From: a virus
Taxonomy: Duplodnaviria; Caudoviricetes
Virus record (IMG/VR): IMGVR_UViG_3300031890_000042
Coordinates: 1-27,688 of that record
Length of the DNA stretch: 27,688 nucleotides
Direction: 5' to 3' (one strand)
In this document: one piece after another, positions 8,755 to 17,140 of the stretch
How positions within the stretch are numbered: the first letter of the stretch is position 1
How the letters are laid out: every line of letters begins with the position of its first letter
Program-made: the position numbers and the translations under genes
The notes under the pieces: generated by a model
What the model was told of the DNA's origin: nothing
Seen by the model: the letters and a program-made list of their open reading frames with translations, nothing else
Database searches by the model: none

Positions 8755-8779
8755 CAAGAATAGAACGGTGTTCTAAAAC
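8751..8779 (+). promoter_or_regulatory. Sigma70-like promoter upstream of the capsid leader, with a palindrome in the spacer
   Basis: TTGACA (8751-8756), 17-bp spacer, TAAAAC (8774-8779); inverted repeat TAGAAC-ggt-GTTCTA at 8761-8775. Confidence 0.6.
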
Positions 8780-8785
8780 CGAGTT

Positions 8786-9105
8786 TGCGATTGCAGTTTA
8801 TCGCGGCAGTGTCGCTGAGGGCATCTACAAAGCTCCGGACCAGAAGTTGGATCACTGCAGTCGGCGTTGCCGTACTTCGCGCGGCTAGTTGCGATTGGTC
8901 GGACGTGGCGGCTCGGAAACTCGCCACCCTGTGAACCGCAGGGGCCTGCTGAAGAAGCAGGTCGCAATGGCCGGTCGGGGCCACCATCGGGCAATCGGTG
9001 GCACGCCGCGCGAACGGGCTTTTTCGCGCACTCACCCATTCGATCAACTAGGGCGTTGCAGCCGCAAGGTTGCGCGCGCCCTCAGTCATATGGGGATGCG
9101 CCCAC
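8786..9105 (+). ncRNA. Putative structured RNA / long 5' leader of the major capsid gene
   Basis: Only long non-coding gap in the window; nested helices, two GCAA tetraloop hairpins, and a 10-bp long-range pairing 8876-8885/9005-9014. Confidence 0.55.
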
Positions 9106-10209
9106 ATGGCAATGACCAACTTCGGGACCAATGATCCGCTTGCGGTCAAACTTTGGTCCAAGAGCTTGGATGTCGAAGCTCTCAAATATACCGACATTTT
9201 TCCGTTAATCGGCGACGACGCCAACGCAATTCTGCATCGTAAAACAGAGAGTTCGAAAGGCGCTGGCGACAAAGTCACCTACGGGCTGCGCCTTCAATTA
9301 ACTGGTGCTGGTTTCACGGAAAATCAGTTAGCTGAAGGCAATGGCGAAAGCCTCACGATCTACTCCGACGCCGTTGTCATCAACGAGCTCGGACATGTTG
9401 TTGGTGTAAAATCAACCAATACAATCGACGCTCAGCGCGTGCCGTTCGATCTCCGCGAGGAGGCTCGCGATGGGCTTGCTGATTGGTACGCGAAGCGCTT
9501 TTCTCAGGCGGCGTTCAATCAGTTTTGTGGGTTCACCCCTCAAACAGATATTCGCTTCACCGGCTTGCAGGCGGTGCCGGCGACGACGCGCATTGTCAGA
9601 CAATCAAGTCGGACTGACGATGCAGCCCTGACCTCGGCGGACGTTTTCTCCCTGCAATTGCTCGATAAATTGAAAGAGCAAGCAATCACGGCGACGCCGA
9701 AAATTCGTCCAGTTCGGATTACTTCAAAGCCTGGACCAGGTGGTCGGCGCGACTACAACGCAACGTTAACCGACAAATACGTCGTCTATCTCCATCCTTT
9801 CCAAGTCACTGATCTGCGCACATCAACAAGCACTGGTCAGTGGTTGGATATTTCCAAAGCAGCGATGACGGGCGGCGAAATTACCAACAACCCGATATAT
9901 ACGGGCGCATTGGGAGAATACAACTCAGTCATCATCCGGCAGGCCTACGACCTACCAAATGGCGTCTCCAACGCCGGCGCGGTCGTGGCCAACACATTCC
10001 GCGCCGTGCTGCTCGGCGGCCAGGCCGGAATGATGGCGTTCGGGCAACGCGACGCTCCAGGCAAATACAGATGGAACGAGGAGCTCTTCGATCACAAGAG
10101 GCGCCTCGAGGTCAGCGCCTGGACCATCCATGGGCTTAAACGAACCCAGTACAACGCGATCGACTACGGCACGGTTGTTTGCTCGACCTACGCCGCGGCG
10201 CATACGTGA
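9106..10209 (+). CDS. Major capsid protein, N4-gp56 / DUF4043 family (HK97 fold)
   Basis: MAMTNFGTNDPLAVKLWS, KGAGDKVTYGLRLQLTG, EGNGESL, QRVPFDLREEARDGLADW, YVVYLHPFQVTDLR, NPIYTGALGEYN, RAVLLGGQAG, WNEELFD. Confidence 0.92.
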   Translation: MAMTNFGTNDPLAVKLWSKSLDVEALKYTDIFPLIGDDANAILHRKTESSKGAGDKVTYGLRLQLTGAGFTENQLAEGNGESLTIYSDAVVINELGHVVGVKSTNTIDAQRVPFDLREEARDGLADWYAKRFSQAAFNQFCGFTPQTDIRFTGLQAVPATTRIVRQSSRTDDAALTSADVFSLQLLDKLKEQAITATPKIRPVRITSKPGPGGRRDYNATLTDKYVVYLHPFQVTDLRTSTSTGQWLDISKAAMTGGEITNNPIYTGALGEYNSVIIRQAYDLPNGVSNAGAVVANTFRAVLLGGQAGMMAFGQRDAPGKYRWNEELFDHKRRLEVSAWTIHGLKRTQYNAIDYGTVVCSTYAAAHT

Positions 10210-10224
10210 GAGGAGCTGACCATC

Positions 10225-11070
10225 ATGGCAACTAATGTCCCTGGCGTCGGCGCCCGCATCTTCCCGTGGCAAATGCGACACTACATCCAGCGCGGCGGGC
10301 CTAATGATCCCACTGCGCAGGCAGCCTATAGCACTCACTGGGGCGGCACTTCCGGCTCGCCATTGGCCTCCGGAATACTGTCGTGGAACAGCGTCGTCTC
10401 ATATGGCGCAGTTCCTGGGCCACTGTCACCGCCAACCCAAGCACTGCCGCGAACGATGTCGCCGAACTCGACCGGCACATTGACGGCTACGACTGGCACG
10501 CTTGCTACCAACACCGGCGGCATCCTGATCGGCACCATTCCAGGCGGCGCCTGGATCGACAATGTGTCGATCTTCTGTCTGGAAGCTATGTCAGGCGGCA
10601 CGTCGACGAGCTTCGGCCTGTTCTACGCGCCAGCGAACACGTTCAGCACTACCAACACAGCTGGGCTGCAGCCGGCTACGCTCTATGTGCTCGGCTACAT
10701 CACGGCTCCAGTTGCTGGCACTGAATACGGTGCTTACGCCGCTCCAGCGGCGAATGCGGTTACGACTGTTGGGTGTCTGCGGTCAGTGCTGACCGGTTAT
10801 CAGGTCGGTCCTGGCATTCCGGCTGCTTATCAGGCGGCCATTACCGGCGGTCCGGCGTCAGCATCACAGACGCTGTGCTCAGCCGGTCCTCCTGAAGGCG
10901 AGGGCTTCGCCGGCATGGCGCAAGCCCAAGCGAGCGGCGGCGCGGTGCCCACACCAGCTCAGGGCGACATCGACGTCTATGCCGTCATGTTCCTGGTGGC
11001 GGGAGCGGGCACAGCTCCGACACAGGGCTCTTTCGAGTGCCTGGTCGATTTCACCGGCCATGAAGGCTGA
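10225..11070 (+). CDS. Putative capsid decoration / cement protein
   Basis: Directly follows the capsid gene with strong RBS GAGGAG; beta-rich 'IGTIPGGAWI...DIDVYA...GAGTAPTQGS' pattern. Confidence 0.6.
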   Translation: MATNVPGVGARIFPWQMRHYIQRGGPNDPTAQAAYSTHWGGTSGSPLASGILSWNSVVSYGAVPGPLSPPTQALPRTMSPNSTGTLTATTGTLATNTGGILIGTIPGGAWIDNVSIFCLEAMSGGTSTSFGLFYAPANTFSTTNTAGLQPATLYVLGYITAPVAGTEYGAYAAPAANAVTTVGCLRSVLTGYQVGPGIPAAYQAAITGGPASASQTLCSAGPPEGEGFAGMAQAQASGGAVPTPAQGDIDVYAVMFLVAGAGTAPTQGSFECLVDFTGHEG

Positions 11071-11075
11071 CAGCT

Positions 11076-11107
11076 ACGGGGCGGCCGAGCGCCGCCCCGC
11101 CCCGTTT
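11076..11107 (+). terminator. GC-rich hairpin, probable weak intrinsic terminator or RNA-stabilising stem
   Basis: CGGGGCGGC-cgagc-GCCGCCCCG, with an alternative register ACGGGGCGG/CCGCCCCGT ending in a short T run. Confidence 0.5.
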
Positions 11108-11130
11108 CCAACAATCAAATGGAGGGCCAC

Positions 11131-11667
11131 ATGCGGCGCCTCATTTCAGCGCTCAGCGCGGTCTCGATCGCGAGCGCGATCGCCTATGCAGCAGCGGTCA
11201 ACACGACACCGATCGTCACCCTCACCGAGACCGGCGAGAACAGTATGGGCGCGCAGCAGCCCACCGACATGTCCCGCTTGAAGCTCGGGGCATGCGCAGT
11301 CACGGCCGGCGGCACCGGTGCCCAGACCGTGGCGTGCAATGGCGCAGCCGGCGCGATCACGCTCCCGTCGCAGACCTTTGCGGCGTTATCGGCCACCGTC
11401 ATCACGGTCAACAACACCAAGGCTCAGGCCTTTACGGCGGCGCCAGTGCCTGGGGTGCCGGTGGCCGACATGGTGCTGTGCACGGTCGATGCCCATGCGG
11501 CGGCAGTGGCTTCGGCGCTCGTCTGTTCAGCCCAGAACAACACCACTGCTGGAGTTAGCCCAGGACAGCTGATCCTGACGCTGACTAACCCTAATGCCAC
11601 GACGGCCACCGGCGCGATTGTCCCGATCGTCTATTTCATGCTCGCCACGACCGGTAATCCGAACTGA
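11131..11667 (+). CDS. Exported beta-rich hypothetical protein with Sec-type signal peptide
   Basis: GGAGG at 11121 favours ATG 11131: MRRLISALSAVSIASAIAYA|A; 4 Cys in the mature chain. Confidence 0.7.
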   Translation: MRRLISALSAVSIASAIAYAAAVNTTPIVTLTETGENSMGAQQPTDMSRLKLGACAVTAGGTGAQTVACNGAAGAITLPSQTFAALSATVITVNNTKAQAFTAAPVPGVPVADMVLCTVDAHAAAVASALVCSAQNNTTAGVSPGQLILTLTNPNATTATGAIVPIVYFMLATTGNPN

Positions 11668-11677
11668 GGGCCGTGTC

Positions 11678-11917
11678 ATGGCGGTCCTCACCGCAGCGGC
11701 GCGTAAGCACATCGAGACGAGCAACTTCGCGCTGCCGAAGGAGCGGGCCTATCCTATCCATGACCCCCCTCACGCCAGAAACGCTTTAGCACGAGTGAGC
11801 CAGCACGGTACCTCGGCTCAAAAGGCCCAGGTGCGCGCAGCTGTGCATCGCAAATATCCAAACATGGGCAAGGCAGGTGGCGCTGAGAAATCGCGCCGCT
11901 TCGGACAATTGGGCTGA
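11678..11917 (+). CDS. Small basic phage protein (DUF6582-like)
   Basis: LTAAARKHI..SNFALPKERAYPIHD..HARNALARVSQ motif; GAGGG RBS. Confidence 0.7.
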   Translation: MAVLTAAARKHIETSNFALPKERAYPIHDPPHARNALARVSQHGTSAQKAQVRAAVHRKYPNMGKAGGAEKSRRFGQLG

Positions 11918-11920
11918 ACC

Positions 11921-12937
11921 ATGCCAGACATCACCGGTCCTCCCCTCGTAGGTTTTGCCGGCGGCATGTATTCCGGCCGTCTCGAGATGACGATGCGCGA
12001 AGAAGCGCAGATGACCTATTACAATCTGACTTCAGTTGATGCGGGGCCACTCGGAACTGGTGCCAATATCACCAGCGCACAGACATCGCAGACGAACGGC
12101 TATCAGATACAGGCCTCCAATACGCTATTCTCGGCCGTAAGCGGTGTGCTCACCCTTACGGTGACGGCCGGCGGTTCCGGCTACACCGGCAGCACATTCA
12201 CTGCTGTGCCGGTGACCGGTGGTAGCGGCAGCGGGCTAACTGTCAGCGGCACGATCTCAGGCGGCGTCGTCCAAGCTGGTGCCACGGTGGTGGCCCCTGG
12301 CGTTGGCTACAAAGTCGGCGACGTTGTCACTCCCGTCATTCCTGGCGGTTCTGGCGCGCAGCTCACAATCGCCACCATCAGCGCCGCTGCGTGCATTCTG
12401 CCGCAGACCTATCGGCCGCAATCCTTTGCAGGACTAGTTATCTATATCGCAAACACGAGCGTAAATGCGATCAACTGCTATCCGCATCCCAGTGATCCGA
12501 GCAATTCGATCAACGGCCAAAGCGTCAATGCGTCGGTTTATCTAGCAGGCAGCACGACAACACCCTTCCAGTGCTTCACGCCTGGCATTTGGTTCGCTGA
12601 CGGCATCGGTACCGGCTACTCAGGCTCGCTTGAGACCATCATTACGCAAGGCAACGCCTCAACAAACGGCAGCAACGCCGGCACGGCGACGCCGATCACT
12701 CAGAACTCGGTTAATTTCACCTCGATTACCACTGGGACGACGCCGACAACCGGCGGCACGCTGATGCCAGCGAGGTCAGGATTGCAGGTCGCAGTCGCAA
12801 ACAACACGGGTTCGACCATCACGGCCTATCCGAATGGTACTGACACCATCAACGGCGCCAATAGCGGCGTCACCATCACCACTGCCATCATCACGCTGTT
12901 CTTCAGTTTCGCAAACGGCGCGTGGCTGACCAAATAA
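11921..12937 (+). CDS. Virion structural protein with two related beta domains and one inserted Gly-rich module
   Basis: Internal repeat 'LP...GL.I..AN.....I..YP...IN' twice; the GGSGYT module interrupts the first copy. Confidence 0.7.
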   Translation: MPDITGPPLVGFAGGMYSGRLEMTMREEAQMTYYNLTSVDAGPLGTGANITSAQTSQTNGYQIQASNTLFSAVSGVLTLTVTAGGSGYTGSTFTAVPVTGGSGSGLTVSGTISGGVVQAGATVVAPGVGYKVGDVVTPVIPGGSGAQLTIATISAAACILPQTYRPQSFAGLVIYIANTSVNAINCYPHPSDPSNSINGQSVNASVYLAGSTTTPFQCFTPGIWFADGIGTGYSGSLETIITQGNASTNGSNAGTATPITQNSVNFTSITTGTTPTTGGTLMPARSGLQVAVANNTGSTITAYPNGTDTINGANSGVTITTAIITLFFSFANGAWLTK

Positions 12938-12940
12938 ACT

Positions 12941-13963
12941 ATGGCGACCTCTTGGCCATCGACGCATGCTTGGGGCACGATGGGCTTCATGCTCGATCGC
13001 ATTGACGACGAGCTGAAGCGCCAGCACACCATCGATGACCGCATCCAGATTGCGGTCTGCGATGCCATCGACATCTATGCGCAAGAGCGGTTCAGGTTCA
13101 ATGAGACGTTTACAACAACATTCCTGACCACCGGCGGCCAGCAGAACTACAACATTTTTTCCGACATCAACTTTCCGGCCGTGCAGGGCCCAATACAGGT
13201 TTATCACATCGACTTTCTGACGATCACGATCCCGCCGGCGGTGTTCGACATGCCGCGCGTGCAGCCCGAGGAAATATTGATCCTCACGCAGACCGGCACC
13301 CAGATGGGGCAACCCTACATCTACAGCTTTATGAATGAAAACATCATGATCTATCCCGTGCCTCCAACGGGCACTCCAGGCACTGGACCGGTCACGCAGC
13401 TCGGGCTTCTCGTTGGCGGCACCGGTTATACGCCAGGCGTTTACGCGGCGGTTCCTGCGGTGGAGGCCGGCGCCGGCAGCGGCACCGGACTTGTTCTCAA
13501 TGTCACCGTCAACAGCTTCGGCCAGGTGCAGGCGACGACGATCGCTAATGGCGGTTTCAACTTCAAGGTCGGGGATGTCATCACAACTTTCCTGCTTCCA
13601 GGCGGCGGCTCCGGTTTCCAGCAAACAGTAACGGCGATTAGCACAACCGGCCAAGGGCCGTTCTTGATGACTGTCGGTGGCCACGTCCACCTCGCCGCGC
13701 CGATGCAGCCAGTGGGCGCGAGCGGTGCCGATGTCATCGGAAATCGCTGGTTCACGGACGGGGAAAAACTGATCCGCTCGAGAGCAAAGTTCGAGCTTGC
13801 CATCAATGTGCTGCGCGATCCCGATCTCGCCAGGCTGATGTCACCGTTTGCGCCTGAGTACAACGGCGGCATGGTCGGCGCGACCTATGATGCTTACGAG
13901 GCAATCCAGGCGCAGGCTAATCGAATGAATTCGATGGGCCGCATAAGGCCGATGTTATTCTGA
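12941..13963 (+). CDS. Head-tail adaptor (P22 gp4 / T7 gp11 position) with inserted module
   Basis: Helical N-terminus MLDRIDDEL...IQIAVCDAI...RFRFNE, G.P..Y...IYPVP, NRWFTDGEKLIRSRAK; directly upstream of the nozzle gene. Confidence 0.7.
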   Translation: MATSWPSTHAWGTMGFMLDRIDDELKRQHTIDDRIQIAVCDAIDIYAQERFRFNETFTTTFLTTGGQQNYNIFSDINFPAVQGPIQVYHIDFLTITIPPAVFDMPRVQPEEILILTQTGTQMGQPYIYSFMNENIMIYPVPPTGTPGTGPVTQLGLLVGGTGYTPGVYAAVPAVEAGAGSGTGLVLNVTVNSFGQVQATTIANGGFNFKVGDVITTFLLPGGGSGFQQTVTAISTTGQGPFLMTVGGHVHLAAPMQPVGASGADVIGNRWFTDGEKLIRSRAKFELAINVLRDPDLARLMSPFAPEYNGGMVGATYDAYEAIQAQANRMNSMGRIRPMLF

Positions 13964-16437
13964 TGCCTCCCTATCTGCAGCGCATGCCGTTCCCGCCTTG
14001 GGTTCCTGATCGGGCTGATCAAGAGACCCAGGTGTCGGCCAATGTTAGCAACGTGCTGCCGCGCTCGGACGGCTGGCTGCCGTTCATGTCCTTCCGGCAA
14101 TTCACGCAGGCATTGCCGGCACCCTGCCGCGGCTTCTTCTTCGCTCGCAATGCAGATGGGACCGTCAGTTTGTTTGCCGGCACCGCAGTGTCGCGGCTCT
14201 ACAAGCTGGACAATACGACCTTCAGCTGGAACGAGGTGTCGCAAGTCAGCATCACTCTTGGCACTGTCACCGGCGGCGCAGGCTATACGAATGGCACCTA
14301 CACCGCAGTGCCGGCGACCGGCGGCAGCGGGACGGGAATGCTGCTCGATATTACTATTGCCGGCGGCGCGGTCACGTCGGCAGTGGTCCACGCCGGCGCG
14401 CCTGGCACCAACTATATTGTGGGCGATGTCATCAGCGCGAGCGCAGGCCTCGGAGCTGGGGCCGGATTTCATGTGTCTATAACGGCAATCACAGTTCCCA
14501 GTTATGGATCGCTCGCCTCTGATGCCAATTGGCAATTCGAGCAGTACAATCAGATTGTGATCGCGGTGCAGGGCAATGTTAATCCGCAGAAATTCTTTCT
14601 GCAGACCGGCGGCAATTTCTACGACCTTGGCGGCAATCCGCCGCGCGCAGGCTTTATCGCCATCGTTAATCGATTTGTGGTTCTCTCCGGTCTGACCAAC
14701 GGCACGTTCGGTGTCGCAAATGCCATTCCAAATTTCCCCTACAGCATCGCGTGGTCCGATCTCAGCCAGCCTGAAGTGTATGGCGCAACCGCTGGACAGT
14801 CCGACTTTCAGGAGCTCCCAGACGGTGGCCGGCCCAAGGCGGTTGCGGGTTTCGATTTATATGGTGTGATCTTTCAGGACAATATGGCCCGCTTGTTGAG
14901 CTACGCGCCAGGCTCGCCGGTCGTGTTTACAATTACCAAAATCACGGGCGGCGACGGCAATGGTCTTTATGCCAACTACGGGTGGGTGATCGACCAGGAT
15001 AACCTCTTCTGGTTGTCCCAGGAGGGGTTTAAGCAGATGGCACCAGGCAATGCGCCCACGCCGGTCGGCAAGGAAATGGTCGACCGTTACATCTTTGCCA
15101 ACCTCGACACCTCCAACACTCAGCTCATCATCGCGACTACCGATCCAGTCGCGAGCCGCATGTACTTTGCGTTCAAGTCGCTCGCCGGCCTAGCTGGTTT
15201 GTTTGACACGATCCTCATCTATGACTGGCTGCTCAAGCGCTGGAGCAAGGTCAACTTCAGCGGCGAATGGCTCGACGTTCTTTCGCGTCCAGGCAAGACG
15301 CTCGAGCTCATGGACGTGACCACCTCGATTGGCGTGACGCCGAGTGCCACCGCGGTGCCGAGCATCACAAACATCACGTCCGGTGGAGGTGGGGTCATCA
15401 CGCTTACGCTTTCATCGACCGCCGGCTTGTCGACCGCCACGCAGCAGACCTTGTATGGCAAATGGAATATCACGCGGGTTCCGCTCAACGCCGGCGGCGT
15501 GCCGCCTGCAACCTACGGCGCCAACGGTGTGCTGCTGGCTGCGCTTTACAACATGCCGGCTCCGCAGGGCGCGCCAGGCGAGTGGATGACGAATACAATT
15601 GGCGCGCTGGTGCCAGGCTCCGGCTACACGGCCAACACCTACACTAATGTAGCAACAACCGGCGGTGCTGGCAGCGGCATGACGCTCAATGTCACGGTTG
15701 CTGGCGGCGTAGTGACCGTGGCTACAATCAACAATCCAGGCAACGGATTGTATCTCGTCGGCGATGTGCTGACCGTTTCCAATACATTGATCGGAGGCAC
15801 TGGTTCCGGTTTCAGTGTCACTGTTCAGCCAGGCGCCATCTGGGGACAGTGGGCGATCACCAACATCACAGGTGGCACAGTCGATCTCGTCGGATCGGTC
15901 TTTCCAGCCGGTGGCGTGTACACGGCATTCGCCGGTTCCTCGGGCGGTGTCTTCGGCGCTAACATCGACGGCGTGCCGCCGGCCACCAACCCCTTCCTGC
16001 CGCAACCGCCTGGGCTTATTCCGTTCAGCCTCGACACGGTGTCGAGTGCAACACTGCCGTCGCTCGGTGCGATCGACAGCAACAATACGCTCGGCTTTTT
16101 CAACGGGACGCCGCTCGAGGCGATCATCGAGACTGGCGAGGAGGGTGGCAACGACAGGCGGCTCTTTGTCAAAGGCTTCCGTGTCATCACTGATGCCACC
16201 CGCGTGCTAAGCGACAATGCCCCCTCGGTCTTCGGCTCGGTGTCCTACCGCGATAATCCGCAATCGGCCTACAACTATACGAGCGAGGTGGCGATCGATG
16301 TCACCGGCACCTGCCTTGTCGCCGGCGGTGGCATCGATACCCGCTATTCACGCGCGCGCATCCGCATTCCAGCCGGTACGACATGGAACTACGCGCTCGG
16401 CGTCGAGCCGGATGGCACGCTGACGGGGAGCTACTAA
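13963..16437 (+). CDS. Tail nozzle / stabilisation protein (P22 gp10 / T7 gp12-like beta-propeller) with inserted domains
   Basis: PWVPD, ANVSNVLP, WQFEQY, LGGNPPRA, IAWSD, SDFQELPDGG, LIYDWLLKRWS, RYSRARIRIPAG; 824 aa; synteny. Confidence 0.75.
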   Translation: MPPYLQRMPFPPWVPDRADQETQVSANVSNVLPRSDGWLPFMSFRQFTQALPAPCRGFFFARNADGTVSLFAGTAVSRLYKLDNTTFSWNEVSQVSITLGTVTGGAGYTNGTYTAVPATGGSGTGMLLDITIAGGAVTSAVVHAGAPGTNYIVGDVISASAGLGAGAGFHVSITAITVPSYGSLASDANWQFEQYNQIVIAVQGNVNPQKFFLQTGGNFYDLGGNPPRAGFIAIVNRFVVLSGLTNGTFGVANAIPNFPYSIAWSDLSQPEVYGATAGQSDFQELPDGGRPKAVAGFDLYGVIFQDNMARLLSYAPGSPVVFTITKITGGDGNGLYANYGWVIDQDNLFWLSQEGFKQMAPGNAPTPVGKEMVDRYIFANLDTSNTQLIIATTDPVASRMYFAFKSLAGLAGLFDTILIYDWLLKRWSKVNFSGEWLDVLSRPGKTLELMDVTTSIGVTPSATAVPSITNITSGGGGVITLTLSSTAGLSTATQQTLYGKWNITRVPLNAGGVPPATYGANGVLLAALYNMPAPQGAPGEWMTNTIGALVPGSGYTANTYTNVATTGGAGSGMTLNVTVAGGVVTVATINNPGNGLYLVGDVLTVSNTLIGGTGSGFSVTVQPGAIWGQWAITNITGGTVDLVGSVFPAGGVYTAFAGSSGGVFGANIDGVPPATNPFLPQPPGLIPFSLDTVSSATLPSLGAIDSNNTLGFFNGTPLEAIIETGEEGGNDRRLFVKGFRVITDATRVLSDNAPSVFGSVSYRDNPQSAYNYTSEVAIDVTGTCLVAGGGIDTRYSRARIRIPAGTTWNYALGVEPDGTLTGSY

Positions 16438-16772
16438 TGGTCGCCGCGCTCAGCCTGCGTGAGAACAAACCGGTTGTCATCAATGAAGCGATCCGCCAGC
16501 TCCAAGAGGGTCGCGACAATGCATCAGGCCAGGTCACTTTGACGCCGAATGCAAGTTCGACAATCGTGACAAGCCCGAACTGTAGCGCGCATACCACTCC
16601 TGTAGGTGTCGCCATCCCCAGCTCGGTGCTGATGTTTCCACAAACCGCGCACGCCGCAGCCGAGGTCACAACGACCTATGCGGTCGCCGGCAAAGGGGTT
16701 TTCACTGTCTTTCACGCGAACAATGCCATCGCTGACCGCACCTTCTACTGGCGCATCTCGGGCGGCAACTGA
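16437..16772 (+). CDS. Small virion protein (tail plug/needle position)
   Basis: TAATG coupling; short helix then beta domain GQVTLT...FTVFHANN..DRTFYW. Confidence 0.6.
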   Translation: MVAALSLRENKPVVINEAIRQLQEGRDNASGQVTLTPNASSTIVTSPNCSAHTTPVGVAIPSSVLMFPQTAHAAAEVTTTYAVAGKGVFTVFHANNAIADRTFYWRISGGN

Positions 16773-17140
16773 TGGCTGGTCCCTTCACGGTGCGCGCCTA
16801 TGTTTATCGCGGCATGATGCAGGCACCTGTTCGTATTCCAACCCAGGCCTCAACCGACAGCGTTTTTCTCCTGTATCAGCCGTACGAAGGGCGCATGTTT
16901 GCGACCACCAACGGCATCACTCCGGTGACCATGGGCCCCGTTCCCCTCAATGTGCCTGATCAATCATGGCTTTTGCGGATCGAGGTGCCTGACGCCGGTG
17001 TCATTCGCTACGAGTGCGTCATCCCGAATGCGGCGACGCCCCGTGTTGCTGATGCCAACAGCCCGCAAATCCAGGGCGTCCAGCATATTCAATGGGGTTT
17101 AAACTGGGCGTTGAGTTTTATCGATGCTGCCGGCACGTAA
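16772..17140 (+). CDS. Hypothetical virion-associated protein
   Basis: TGATG-coupled 122-aa ORF. Confidence 0.65.
   Translation: MAGPFTVRAYVYRGMMQAPVRIPTQASTDSVFLLYQPYEGRMFATTNGITPVTMGPVPLNVPDQSWLLRIEVPDAGVIRYECVIPNAATPRVADANSPQIQGVQHIQWGLNWALSFIDAAGT

Noticed and set aside
8889-8967. Three-hairpin junction as a tRNA cloverleaf
   Set aside because: No TTC T-loop, no canonical 7-nt anticodon loop and no CCA end; loop sizes do not fit
8727-9134. Short ORFs across the scaffold-capsid gap (8867-9115, 8889-9134, 8727-9047, 8773-9039)
   Set aside because: No convincing RBS, non-protein-like composition, several overlap flanking genes; the region is better explained by RNA structure
10190-10230. 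Programmed frameshift or readthrough extending the capsid protein
   Set aside because: No slippery heptamer near the stop, and the next gene has its own strong RBS
12143-15830. Inserted GGxGYT modules as inteins or transposon remnants
   Set aside because: No Cys/Ser...His-Asn splice motifs, terminal inverted repeats or target duplications seen
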